A stretch of DNA of 63,955 nt, the filler included, from Kipferlia bialata (taxonomy: Eukaryota), in assembly GCA_003568945.1 (NCBI GenBank). It is 6 parts of 6 records of this genome, joined end to end, with 100 filler letters (N's around TTAATTAATTAA, not from the genome) between each part and the next. Parts side by side here need not be neighbours in the genome. Positions count along the whole stretch, not along the records: positions 48,055 to 59,962 come from BDIP01001162.1; positions 60,063 to 63,955 come from BDIP01001187.1; 4 more parts are not named here. The stretch is one strand, 5' to 3'. Below, one piece after another: positions 53,034 through 63,955 of this stretch. Within the stretch, counting starts at the first letter, position 1, and each line of letters starts with the position of its first letter. The position numbers were made by a program, and so were the translations under genes. The notes under the pieces were generated by a model, which was given only the letters and a program-made list of their open reading frames with translations, was not told where the DNA came from and searched no databases.

Positions 53034-53622
53034 CTACTCAAAGTCGTCGACCTGGTCATTGTACTTCTGGATCCGCCTGTTAATGGCAGAGGACTTCACC
53101 CAGGTGACGTAGTCCTCCATATCACGCGGGACGTGTGCTGATGGGTTGGATGTGGTCACGGGGCCCACCCTCACATGACCCTGCTCAACAAACTTGGACG
53201 CATCTGCCACTCTCTGGGCCATCTTCAGCTTCACCATCACAACAGGCAGACGCCTCCTAGCGAATGCAGAAGCTGGGACGTCCTCGGCTGCCTTGAGGTT
53301 GGTGGCCAGGGCAGGGGTGAGGCCCATATCGTAGAGCTTCTTCAGCAGGGCCTGGGTCAGCTTGATCCTGACCTCGTCATCCTGGGGCAGCTCCTTCAGC
53401 TTGTGAACCATGTGTCTGATCCTGCCAATGACCTTCATGTAGTTCATAAGGTCCTCGCGCTTGGTAATGTGGTACCTCCTCATAATCTCAGCCTCACGCA
53501 CATTCCTGCCATTGCCCCACTCATAGAGGTTTACTTTGCGGAGAAGTTTCTGGGTGAGTATGGAGTGTAAAAGGGTAATATACAGAGACCACTACCTTCT
53601 CGTGGAACTTGAGCTCCCTCAT
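53034..53622 (-). CDS. IMP3: U3 snoRNP protein Imp3 (S4 family)
   Basis: MRELKFHEK|KLLRKVNLYEW..FARRRLPVVM..FVEQGHVRVGP..MEDYVTWV..YNDQVDDFE; intron 53595-53550. Confidence 0.96.
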
Positions 53623-53754
53623 AGCGTCCACGAAAGGCTGATACATACCACATCGTTGAGATCAGTTTTTTCTGAGTAAGCAATAAGGGTCCAGCGCCTG
53701 AAGGATAGAATAATAATAATCCTGCCAAGGTCAGCTATACTTCTCAGCGACACC

Positions 53755-55078
53755 ATGAGTCAGGAGTCGTGTGTGGACGTTGCTGGGAGTGCTGAGGCTG
53801 AGGTTACAGTCTCAGAGACACCCAGTGACTATGTAGCCGAGATACAGGCCGAGATACCCGCTCTGGAGAAGCTTGGGGCTGCTATCGTCCCTGTTTCCGC
53901 CCCTGTGGTTGAGAAGGAGGCTACTCCTGTGACTCCAAGGGAGTCAGATGACCTTGAGGTCGATGATGAGGGTGATGAAGACCTCTTCGACCTCAGTCAG
54001 CTCAAGCTTCAAGGTACGGTGGTTCTCAACACCTTGCATTATGTATTCCACTTCGCTCTCTTTAGTCTATCACCCCCTCTCACCATCAGAGAGCTGGAGC
54101 CTGTCCTTCTCTACCCAGGTTTGTGGCGTTTTCTCTCTGGGGAAGCAGTATCTAGTTGTTCCTGGATTCCAGCGGTCTTGACTGGGTCATCTTGCATTGA
54201 TAGCTTTCTTCCATTGATGCCACCTCACTCACTCATCAGATCCCCAAGAACAAGAAGTCCAAGAAGAGCCAGGGTACTAGTGAGGAGTCCTGGGCCAAGA
54301 ACGTTCACAAGGTAGCATGGCATAAGTTTGCTATACATATGTTTACTCTTTTACTTGTATTCACTGAGGAGTGTACATTGGTAATGTGTTTGTGTTGGAT
54401 ATCACAATTACATTCAACAGCGACCCAAAGACATCTCTATTTGCCCCGTCTATCATGTCTCTCTCCCCTGCTCCCCTGACCTTCCAGGTCACATCTGTGT
54501 CCTCTGTTGAGGAGTTCTGGTGCCTGTACCACTTCATGGACAGGCTTGTCTCCATCGGCAACCTGGCTGTGCAGTATGCCTCCTACCACTACTTCAAGGT
54601 GGGGGTGTCAGGGCATCTAGCTATTCTCTTCTGCATATATTATGTGTACTATATATTCCCTTGCGTCCTCTGACCCCCAGAATGACATTGAGCCTAAGTG
54701 GGAGACTGAGGAGAACAAGAACGGATGCACAATGGTGAGTGGCAGTTGGTTTTCCTGTGTATCAATACCCCATAACCCCCCCCCCCCCCTAGGTCATCAT
54801 ATGTAACAATACCTCCCCTAACCCCTAGGTCATCAGGCTCCACAACAACAAGGGCTCGGACAAGAAGTTCACTGGGATTGAGAAGGTATCCAGATTCCAA
54901 TTCCATTAGTTGTGTCTGGTGTTCATTGCATACTCTATACCTCTACGTGTCAGTCCTTTCCCCCCCCCCCCCCCTCTTACATCAGGTTGAGTTCAAGGCC
55001 CAGTTCCTCTGTGTGCTGCTGGGCGTGATTGGAGGCACCTCCCCCCTGCACGACATCGTCAACGGCATAGTGTGCAAG
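53755..55078 (+). CDS. EIF4E: Translation initiation factor eIF4E-family protein, 3' end lost in gap
   Basis: LQESWSLSF, ESWAKNV, SSVEEFWCLY, YHYFK|NDIEPKWE..NKNG, LLGVIG..DIVNGIV over seven exons. Confidence 0.88.
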
Positions 55079-55130
55079 GTGTGTAACCACCAAGCTACCC
55101 TGTTCGGCTCACATATATGAGTGTCACGTA

Positions 55131-55165
<35 letters not shown>

Positions 55166-55192
55166 ACCCCCCCCTCCCCCCCCCCCCACCAC

Positions 55193-55241
55193 NNNNNNNN
55201 NNNNNNNNNNNNNNNNNNNNNNNNNNNNNNNNNNNNNNNNN
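55193..55241. other. Scaffold gap flanked by poly-C
   Basis: 49 N without linker (a second internal gap is at 37795-37821). Confidence 0.95.
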
Positions 55242-55282
55242 TCCTCCATCCAGCGTCAACCCCCCCCCCCCCCCACCCCAGG

Positions 55283-56435
55283 CCGACCACGCCACCTTCA
55301 GCAAGGGAGGGTACTACAGCAGGGTGATTGGGGGATCCCGCTTCATTGTCATCAACAGTGTGTACTACTCTGCCAGGAACAGTGGGGTGGACACAACCAA
55401 GGTGCCAGACCCCGCTGACCAGATACAGTGGATCACATCGGAGCTCGCACAGGCCAGGTGGGTATATATTGATTCATATACATATATATGTGTGTATGCA
55501 TTGATAGTTGTATACCCCCTTCCCCCTCTCACCCCCCAGGGCCAATGGCGAGAGGGTGTCTATCGTGTCCCACATCCCAGCCGGTGTGAATGGGTATGAC
55601 AAGAGTGACCAGTGGGATGGGAAGTTCACAGACCAGTTCATAGAGCTCATGGAGAGGTGTGTGTCAGTGTGTGGCCGTGGATATAGATATCTTCTATACA
55701 CTCCCTCTCCATTCTATCCTCATCCCCAGGTACAGTGACGTTGTGGCCAACATGTTCATGGCCCACTTCCACCAGGTACCGTGCTATGTGTGTGTGTCTA
55801 TGTGTATATATATGCCCACCCTCCCTTTCTATATGTACCAGGATACACTCACCCCAGGACATGTTCCACGTCCTGCCCACCTCCTTCTCCGACATCCCAG
55901 GCTTCGTGGCCCCTGGTGTGTCTCCCTCCAACTACAACAACCCTGGGTTCAGGTAGGCACTAGTACATCCACTCACACTGGTATATGCATATATATGCAT
56001 GTATATATATATATGTGTCTATATTGTTACACCCTCACCCCAGGGTGGGTACCATGGTGCATGGCGTCATGACTGACTACCGCGAGTACTACACCGATCT
56101 GTCCTCTGCCTATGCCGCCAATGGCATTGTGTACGAGCTGCTGTACACCTTCACAGACGCATACAGGGGCCAGTACCAGCCCACCGGTCTGGGTCTGGTG
56201 GACCTGGCCGATGACATGATCAACGACCCCAAGGTGGGGGGATGTGTATATATACATACATATATATATATTTTTGAATGTCATACAGCATGTATACCCA
56301 CCCCAGGTCTATGAGGAGTTCCAGGCCTACCGCACTCTCTTCTACCAGGGGGACAGGGTCAACTACTCCTGTGCGTCGATCCTCTCCAACCAGACCACCT
56401 TTGACCAGTGTGTGTACGACAACCCCATGGACTAG
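55283..56435 (+). CDS. Acid sphingomyelinase-like phosphodiesterase (SMPDL3-like metallophosphoesterase), C-terminal half
   Basis: TFSKGGYYS, INSVYY, DPADQIQW, SHIPAG, FMAHFHQD, PGVSP..NNPGFR, YTFTDAY. Confidence 0.9.
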
Positions 56436-56730
56436 ATGGGGAGTGGCTAACGAGAACACCTGAGCGTATAGGTGTCTAGATATATGTATTCAGTGAATGT
56501 TGCACTGCAGTCCTGTGTTGATCTATTGATATTGGTATTGAGGTGTAAAGATTAATAGACGAGAGGTTATATTTCCCACTTCGTCGGCGAGAGTTCGATC
56601 CCCGATCAGGGTAATTTTCTCGAGTTCGGAAGCCTGAGTTCAGACGCCTTTCCTTCTAGGTAGATTTTGGTTGTTCTGGTGGGAGGAGAGCATTAATATC
56701 GCCGGATTGTAGAGATTTGGGTAGAGAGAC

Positions 56731-59700
56731 ATGAGTGTGGCCATTTTTGTTGCGTTGCTGGCGTTGGGGACAGTCCTAATCGGAGCTGCAGTGTTCCTGT
56801 GGGAGAAGAGCGTCCACGGAGTCCCTGAGTCCGCCCCTAAGGCAGTCCATGCCCCTTCGACACCTCAGGTTGCCTCTGTGCAGCCTGCTGCTCAGGATGA
56901 AAGCGTGACTGAGGATATTCTCGAAGAGGATGTTGATGACGCTGCCCCACCAATGGAGTGTGAGGCGTCTCCTGAGGAGGATGTGTGCGTGGCAGAGAGA
57001 GATGTGGTCCCTGATGTAGTGGCTGACACTCTCGTGGCTGCTGAGCTTGTGGTAGAGCCCACCGTTGCCTCAGCCCCGGAGGAGTCGGAACTTGAAACCC
57101 TAGCCCCTGAGACATTGGTCCGCAAAGCTTCGGAGGCCCCAATTGAGGGCGTTGCTGAGGAGTCATCTGAGGAGGGAGAGGCAGAGGTTGAGTCAGAGTC
57201 TACTGAGACTCAGGCCGAGACTGTGGCCAAGATGCTACAGATGCTGGAGGAGGGGAGAGAGAAGGTCAAGGCTCTGAGGGCAGTGCCAGTTCAGGAGAGG
57301 CAGAGAGAGCCTGTGCCTATTGTAGAGGAGGAGCAGGAGGAGGATGCTGGAGTGCCACCCCTGGATGCAGAGACTGTGGCTGAAGAGGTTACTGAGGCAC
57401 CAGCTGAGCCCTCTCTTCCTGAGCCTGTAGCTGATGTGGTTGATGTGGTTGATGTTGTGGAGCCCACAGCTGAGGCTGCTGTCGCTGAGGCCGAGGAGGA
57501 GACTGCAGTCCCTGTTGTAATTCCAGTGCCTGAGCCTGTCCCCGAGGCTGAGGTAGAGCCCGAGGTGGAGGAGGCGCCTCTCTCCATGGAGGATACCCCA
57601 TGGCGGATTGAGGAGAGGGAGAGGAGGGAGAGAGAGGCCGAGGCTGATGTCCCTGAGGCTGTGACTGCTGTACTCGAGCCAGAACTTCAGACTGAGCCCG
57701 TTCTGGAGGATGTACCTGTGGAGACTGAGTCCCTTCATGAGGCCCTTCCTGAGTATGCCACTGAGCCTGAGCCTGAGGCAGAGCCTATCCCCCTGTACCA
57801 GACTGAGCCTGAGACCCAGTCCCTCCCTGCCATGCCCCAGGAGGAGGTGCCTGAGCCAGAGCCCTACCCCGAGACGGATGCCATCTCTGAGCTGCTAGGG
57901 TCCAGGTACACCCCCGAGTCTCTGGCTGCCATGCTGGAGGGGCCCAAGGCAGAGGAGGCACAGGAGGAGGTACAGGAGGCAGAGGCAGAGAGGGAGGCGG
58001 GTGCCCCTCTGTCGATGCAGGACCTGACTCCTGTTGTGCGGCACAGGGAGTCCCTCCTCCCCCCCGAGCCTGCCATGTCCCCTGAGGAGGTGACCAGGGC
58101 CATGAGGTCTAGCAGCAGCAGGGCACTGGATATGGAGGAGAACACCCCTGCCCTGTCCCACTCTGGGAGTAGGGTGGTGGCTGGGAGGGTGGTCATGGAC
58201 TCAAAGAGAAGGTCAGGGGGTTGTGTCATATGTCTTGCTCTTTATCTAAGTCTCACTTCAGGTATGAGGGCACTGTACTGCACCCCAGGACAGAGCCTGT
58301 CTCTGAGCACGATGTCAAGCAGGGCTATGACGCACTCTCTAGGGTATGTGCATGGATAGATGTACCATGTGTCTTCCATTCCACTCATCTATATTATAGA
58401 CTTGTCTCCCCCCCCCCCCCCCCCCCCCCCCATACCATTCCGTGTGACACTATGACCTCACCCTAGTTTCTGACGCTGGTCCCCTCCATCCAGTGCTACA
58501 TGGGTGTCATCATATTCTCCCTGGTTGACACCATTGTCAGTAACACCCACCTCTGCAGAGAGTTCCCCAGGCTGCTGAGGTCACTGCTGGGGGTGCCAGG
58601 ACTGGTGGAGTACATAGAGGTATGGGCATATGTGCATATATGATGGTGTTCAATATACATTACTATATAGCAGTGAGTGAACCCCCCCCCCCCTCCCCTC
58701 ACCCCCAGACCACTGTGGAGACCTGGGTGTCTGAGTACACACAGCGCATCTTGGCAGAGGAGAAGTTCACCACACCGACCCAGAGGGAGGTGTACCTGCG
58801 GGCGACACCCCAGGTATGGATAGTGTGCTAGTGGCACATGTACTTCAGTATCTGTTCCCCAACTGATATATATTCAATATTCCATCTCCCACCCTTCACA
58901 CCTCACGTGAACGTGATTAGCCACCGAACTGTTTGGCGCAATGCTGTCAGCCTGCAACATGTCTTACCCCCCAGGTGCTGGTGATTGCGGCCCAGGAGCT
59001 CTATGGGACGTCTCTCTCCCCCATTCTGGAGGATGCTCTGTCTACGTGCAAGGTAAGGGTTTTGGATATGGTAGGATATTCATGAACTATCCCCTCACCC
59101 CCTAGGCCGCCAAGCCGTGGATCTACTTTGGCTCTGCGTGTGTGGGTGTGATCAACAGCACATTCACACCCAGGACGCAGATATTCCAGGTACACACTCA
59201 CACACACATATGTATCAGGACTGTTGTCTATCTCCTTTCATATACACCCTCTTTCTCCATTACTCCCCCCCCTCTCCCACCCTCAGACCCCCATCTCCAT
59301 CGTGTCTGGGTCTGGGGTTGATGGTACCCTGCACCCCCTCGCCCTGACCAGCAACCTGGCTGCCCCACCCCCCATCGACATATACATGCACCTGGGGGGT
59401 GGGTGCAAGGGAGGGGTGCTGGGTGGGGAGGGGGAGGGGGAGTGTGTGACGTATGTGAGGATGCTGAGGGCCATATGCCGCATGGCATCGTGGATAGACA
59501 CTACAGAGGAGGTAATGATGGGGAGACTGTCTATCTATATGTGAATATGTATGTGGGATCAGTCACCGCATAGAGTGCATATCCCTCCCCTTACCCCTCA
59601 CCCCCTAGGTGTCCGTGAGGGTCCAGACAGCCAGTCTCCAGGCCTACCTCACTATACCAGCAAGGTGGGGCATCACTATCTTCCTCTCTCTTTGCAGGAT

Positions 59701-59851
59701 ACCTCTTACCCTAGGACCAACCCCTCGTGGACGTGGGTATCAGACACAGACACTAGTGTGTGTAGGGACAGAGGTGTGCTGGACCTGACCTATGTGCCCC
59801 TGACCCCTGCCAACCTCCGGGTAATCCTTCCTGTCCTGCACCACGCACCAG
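56731..59851 (+). CDS. Large hypothetical protein: N-terminal TM anchor, ~480-aa Glu/Pro-rich region, then a multi-exon globular region (3' truncated)
   Basis: Hydrophobic N-terminus MSVAIFVALLALGTVLIGAAVFLW; long first exon; in-frame exons from 58467 onward. Confidence 0.65.
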
Positions 59852-59913
59852 GTATGCACACACTAATGGGTAGTCACAATATCTGCCACTTGAGTGCATG
59901 CACCTTGGTTATC

Positions 59914-59962
<49 letters not shown>

Positions 59963-60062
59963 NNNNNNNNNNNNNNNNNNNNNNNNNNNNNNNNNNNNNN
60001 NNNNNNTTAATTAATTAANNNNNNNNNNNNNNNNNNNNNNNNNNNNNNNNNNNNNNNNNNNN
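59963..60062. other. Artificial contig linker
   Basis: N-TTAATTAATTAA-N, 100 nt. Confidence 0.98.
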
Positions 60063-60072
60063 CCCCCCCCCT

Positions 60073-60103
<31 letters not shown>

Positions 60104-60117
60104 TTCTAACCCCATAG

Positions 60118-62580
60118 GCAACCTCGGCACCTACTCCTCCGACCTGGCCCGTATGCTGGCCTACACCACCTCCTTTGTGGGGTGCCCCCTGACTGACTGG
60201 AATGTGGCCATGGAGCAGAGGCTGGGCTGGACCCAGGACACAGGCTACGCCCTGACAGAGGGCAAGTACGGCGTGGAGTGCGGCCTGGCCACCTTCACCG
60301 TCAACGACCAGAAGGTGCTCATGCTCAACTTTGCCCCCCACCGCCAGAGCTACACACAGATAGGTGCGTCTCAATCATGCCTCGTGGGTGTATTCCTCTC
60401 ATACATCTCTCTACCTCTCTCTACCTCTCTCTCTCCCTTCCTCTCTCCCTCTCTTCCTTCCCTCTTTCTCTCACCTCCAGCTAAGAGGATCAGCTTCAAG
60501 AGGACCCGGGCCAAGAACAAGGTATATATCATCTGCATCTAGTTCCTCTCACACCTAGCATTCTCAGTACTATTCACTAGTCTCATCCCCCCCACCCCCC
60601 CCCTGACCCCAGACCGCCCACTCCCTCTCCTTCTGGAACGGCTTCAACAGAGACGTGTCTGTATTCACAAAGTTCCTCCGCACATGGTGGGTATCCTTAC
60701 TCTTCATGTGTACTATGTATAACTATATCCTCCCCCTCATCTCCCTCTCCCTTTGTCCCCCCACCCCAGGAATGAGATTGCCCCCCAGATCAGACAGTGG
60801 GTCACAGACAACGTGGGCCTCCCCTACCAGGCAGTGCCAGGCGCTCAGCCCAGGTCCAGCGTCCCAGCCACAGGCCTCGACCAGGTGGGTATACAGTATA
60901 GTGCACATTTCGATAAATATCATATGCCAGGCTCGATACACCCTCACCCCAGTCCAACACCTCTGCCCGTGTGCGTGCTGCCCCTGTCATCGCCACCACT
61001 GACGGCACCCCCTTCACTATCATAGTGGCAGGGTACAGGTGGGGGAGACTATATACCTACCCTACCATGTACTCTCATGTGTCATGTCTGACCCCCAGCA
61101 TCGGAGGCGCCATTGCCCAGCTGTGTGCTGGAGAGCTTGGCCACTGCTACCACCCCAGTGCAGTCACCTGCTACACATTCGGACAGCCCAAGGTGCATCA
61201 TGATCCGCTACTCAGTACTTTGTATATCACTTACCCTTCACCCACCCCAGGTTGGCAACGCCGAGTTCACCCGCATCTACCCCAAGCTGTGCCCCCGGTA
61301 CTTCAGGGTGGTGCAGGCCAACGACCCCATCCCCCACCTGCCCTCATCCTCAGTCGGGTACACACACGTCCACGGGTCAAAGGTGGGTAAGGCTAGGTGG
61401 TGTGGCCATACGCTCTCTCTCACATCCCCTCACCCTCCAGGTCAGGTACCAGGGCATCACCACCCCTGCCACCCTGTCCGAGTACAAGATAGGACCCACC
61501 ACAGGTACTACTCTACAGATACTTGTTCCCTCATGACTATTATGTGCATGACCACGCCCTCCCCCCCCCCTCACCCCTAGGCTTCTTCCAGAAGGTCGGC
61601 CAGCGCACCTCCCGCTCCATGCAGGGGTCTGACTCCAAGTACGACCTCCACGCATCCTACATGGGCGTGCACTTCCCCCTGCAGAGGTCAAGGAAGGACA
61701 CGGACAACAGGGAGATCATCACGGGGGAGCAGCTGCCCACCCTGCGTGACCTGTCGGAGGAGTCTCTGCACCAGCTGGAGCAGGGTGAGTGGGAGTGTGT
61801 GTGTATGCATATAGCACTCCCTTCACTGTCACATACTGTCTAGTCCCTCACCCCCAGACCTGGAGGAGGGCTTCACCAACCATGACAAGCACCGCATTGC
61901 CTCCCAGCTGAGGGACAGGCCCACCCCCATGGTCATCCCAGGCGAGGCATACAGAGATGTACATATAGTGATGCTTCGAAGTCACCCCTCCCCCCTGACC
62001 CCAGGTGCTGCCCCCAGGGTGCATGATGCCCTGGAGCAGGAGGAGGAGGGGCCTGAGGTAGGGGAGCGTATATATCCACATTCTCCATGTACCCTTGCTC
62101 CCTCACCCAGGAGTTCACCCAGCCCGAGGAGGAGAGTGAGTTTGATGAGGAGATTGAGACATCCATGGCTGAGGCAGGCAGGCTGGAGCACGAGGCAGCC
62201 CAGGTGGGGAGATGCATAAAGAGATTGGGAGTATGTTATGTATTCGACGAAGGTGCCCCCCCCCTCACCCCCCAGGGCAAGCTGCGTGATGACTCCATCG
62301 AGCACATCCTGGACGAGCCTGCCCAGGACCACCTGTCTGCATTCGACAACAACCAGGTGGGGGATATGTATATATATATATATATGTAGGGTCACAGTCT
62401 ATACTGTCACCCCATCCCCTATTCGACAACAACCAGGTTGGTACATGGATAGAGAGGGTGGATATAGGGGCACAGTGTATACTACTACATATATCACCCC
62501 CCTGACCCCAGAATGAGAAGGGAGCTGTCAAGCCCGAGGAGCTGCCCGGCAGTGGCATTGGAGGGTTCACAGGCCTGTGA
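60118..62580 (+). CDS. Class-3 lipase (alpha/beta hydrolase), 5' truncated, acidic C-terminal tail
   Basis: Spliced IIVAGYSIGGAIAQL (GxSxG), CYTFGQPKVGNAEF, RVVQANDPIPHLP, GYTH, LHASYMG. Confidence 0.9.
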
Positions 62581-62976
62581 GAGGCATGGGGAGGGGTGAC
62601 AGTAGTGAGGAGACAGGGTGGAGGGTATGGGTGTTGCAGATGCAACGTGTCAGTATCCCATCCATATGTGAAGCTTGAAGGAGGATAAATGGAACAGATT
62701 CAGTCATTTGTGAACGTGGCAATTCGACACTCTCGATCCTCTATAGATCTAGACAGTGGCCACATATTGTGTTAATGGTATACACGGTGATCAAGGAGTG
62801 AAAGGAAGTGTGAATAGTAGTCTTACAATAGCGAAATGAAAGGACGATGCATCAACATCTATTCCACACATGTAACCATAGACGTCACTACGGTAATTGC
62901 TGTCGGTCACCTACCACCTGCTGCACATCTCTCAGATGACACTGGTCTCTGCCTAGTGCTAGGCCAATTGGGTGCC

Positions 62977-63955
62977 CTAGTTGCTGAGGCTCATGTTGCC
63001 GACCAGGGATGCCCTCTTGGGACCTGTCTGCAGACCTAAGGGGTGGGGTGGAATAGTGAGGATACAGAGATATGCTGAACATCCACTCTAGCGGACTACC
63101 CACCTGCCACCCTGGCTGCGTCCCTCCTGTCCCGAGCCACCCTCTGGTACATGGACGCCAGGGCTGCCAGACTGGCACAGAGGCAGATAGGGATGAGGGC
63201 CACGTCCACGTGTCTCACATGCGACACACACCATGTCACGGGGAGGTCAGACTCGTCACCTGGGGGTAAGGGGAATGGGGAACCATTCATGTGTATACCC
63301 ACATGCTGTGAACCCATCCGCCAGTCCATATGAATGTATATAGTGATGTACCCGTGAGTCTGACTAGCAGTGCCACCAGGAACCACAAGGCAACAAGGCC
63401 AAACATGGGCTCCTGGGGGTGAGGGGGGAGAGTGTCTGTGGTACACATATTGCATCCAGGCCAGTGTGACATATGACTACGATATACCCCACCTGCCAGA
63501 GTGCCCCGACCAGAACTAGGATACCCCCAGCCACCCCGAGGGAGAGAGAGTAGTCAGCACAGGTACGGTCAAGGACCTACAGGGTGGGAGACAGTATTGA
63601 TATCCCAGTGTGAAGAGAGGCGATATATATTAGCGTATACAACCCTAGTACCTCGTAGGTGAGGTATATGTTTGCACTGAGGGTGGTGGCCAGACCGGTC
63701 CAAGCAGCATAGACGGCAAGGGACCACCTGGCTGTGAGCATGGGGAAGGGTCATGGGCAAAGAGTATATGATATATTTCAGAGGATGACCAAACGCATAG
63801 AGAGAGTGGAGACACAGTCCCCTATACCCATTCCCCCCTCACCTTGTGTCTATCATCCTCAGTAGATATATATATATAATTATATATATACCAGTACCCA
63901 TACCCCCCCCCCCCGCCCTCCCCCATACCTTGTGCCTATCATCCTCATGGGTGCA
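62977..63955 (-). CDS. 3' part of a multi-pass membrane hypothetical protein
   Basis: Hydrophobic exons SLGVAGGILVLVGALWQ|EPMFGLVALWFLVALLVRLT|..VALIPICLCASLAALA. Confidence 0.55.

Noticed and set aside
56570..56625. tRNA gene (GAGTTCGATCCCC B-box-like); similar hit at ~36920
   Set aside because: Could not fold a cloverleaf: no convincing D-arm, anticodon arm or acceptor stem.
1611..62580. Alternative genetic code (TAR=Gln as in hexamitids, or global TGA=Trp)
   Set aside because: RPL19 ends at TAA, IMP3 and ELF1 at TAG, and the lipase and IAH1 at TGA at plausible C-termini; conserved exons have no internal stops.

Overview
Eukaryotic, intron-rich protist DNA using the standard genetic code. 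It has short GT-AG introns that often end in CTGAC-CCCCAG, abundant (GA)n/(TA)n/poly-C tracts and divergent proteins. The style strongly resembles the free-living fornicate Kipferlia bialata (inference, not verified). The window is not one locus: five ~11.9-kb contigs plus the first 3.9 kb of a sixth are joined by 100-nt N/TTAATTAATTAA/N linkers. Genes recognised by splicing exons by eye: ATG8-like, FYV7/TAP26-like, RPL19, a Kelch-repeat protein, a ~10-kb ZNFX1-like SF1 helicase, DNase II, IAH1-like SGNH esterase, an amino-acid transporter, an Asteroid/FAM120-like PIN-domain protein, ELF1, IMP3, eIF4E, an SMPDL3-like phosphodiesterase, a class-3 lipase and several hypothetical proteins. The main observations: (1) the ZNFX1 homologue carries helicase, NFX1 fingers, a RING-like domain and an RZ finger with rearranged Zn ligands, then continues into an apparently degenerate PARP/ADP-ribosyltransferase-like domain; (2) an ATG8 stops at TGA immediately before the conserved lipidation Gly codon; (3) introns contain serial 'echo' copies of adjacent exon ends that differ mostly at synonymous sites; (4) two divergent genes are both missing their 5' halves. 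Exon coordinates were read by eye and family calls rest on recalled motifs, not database searches.
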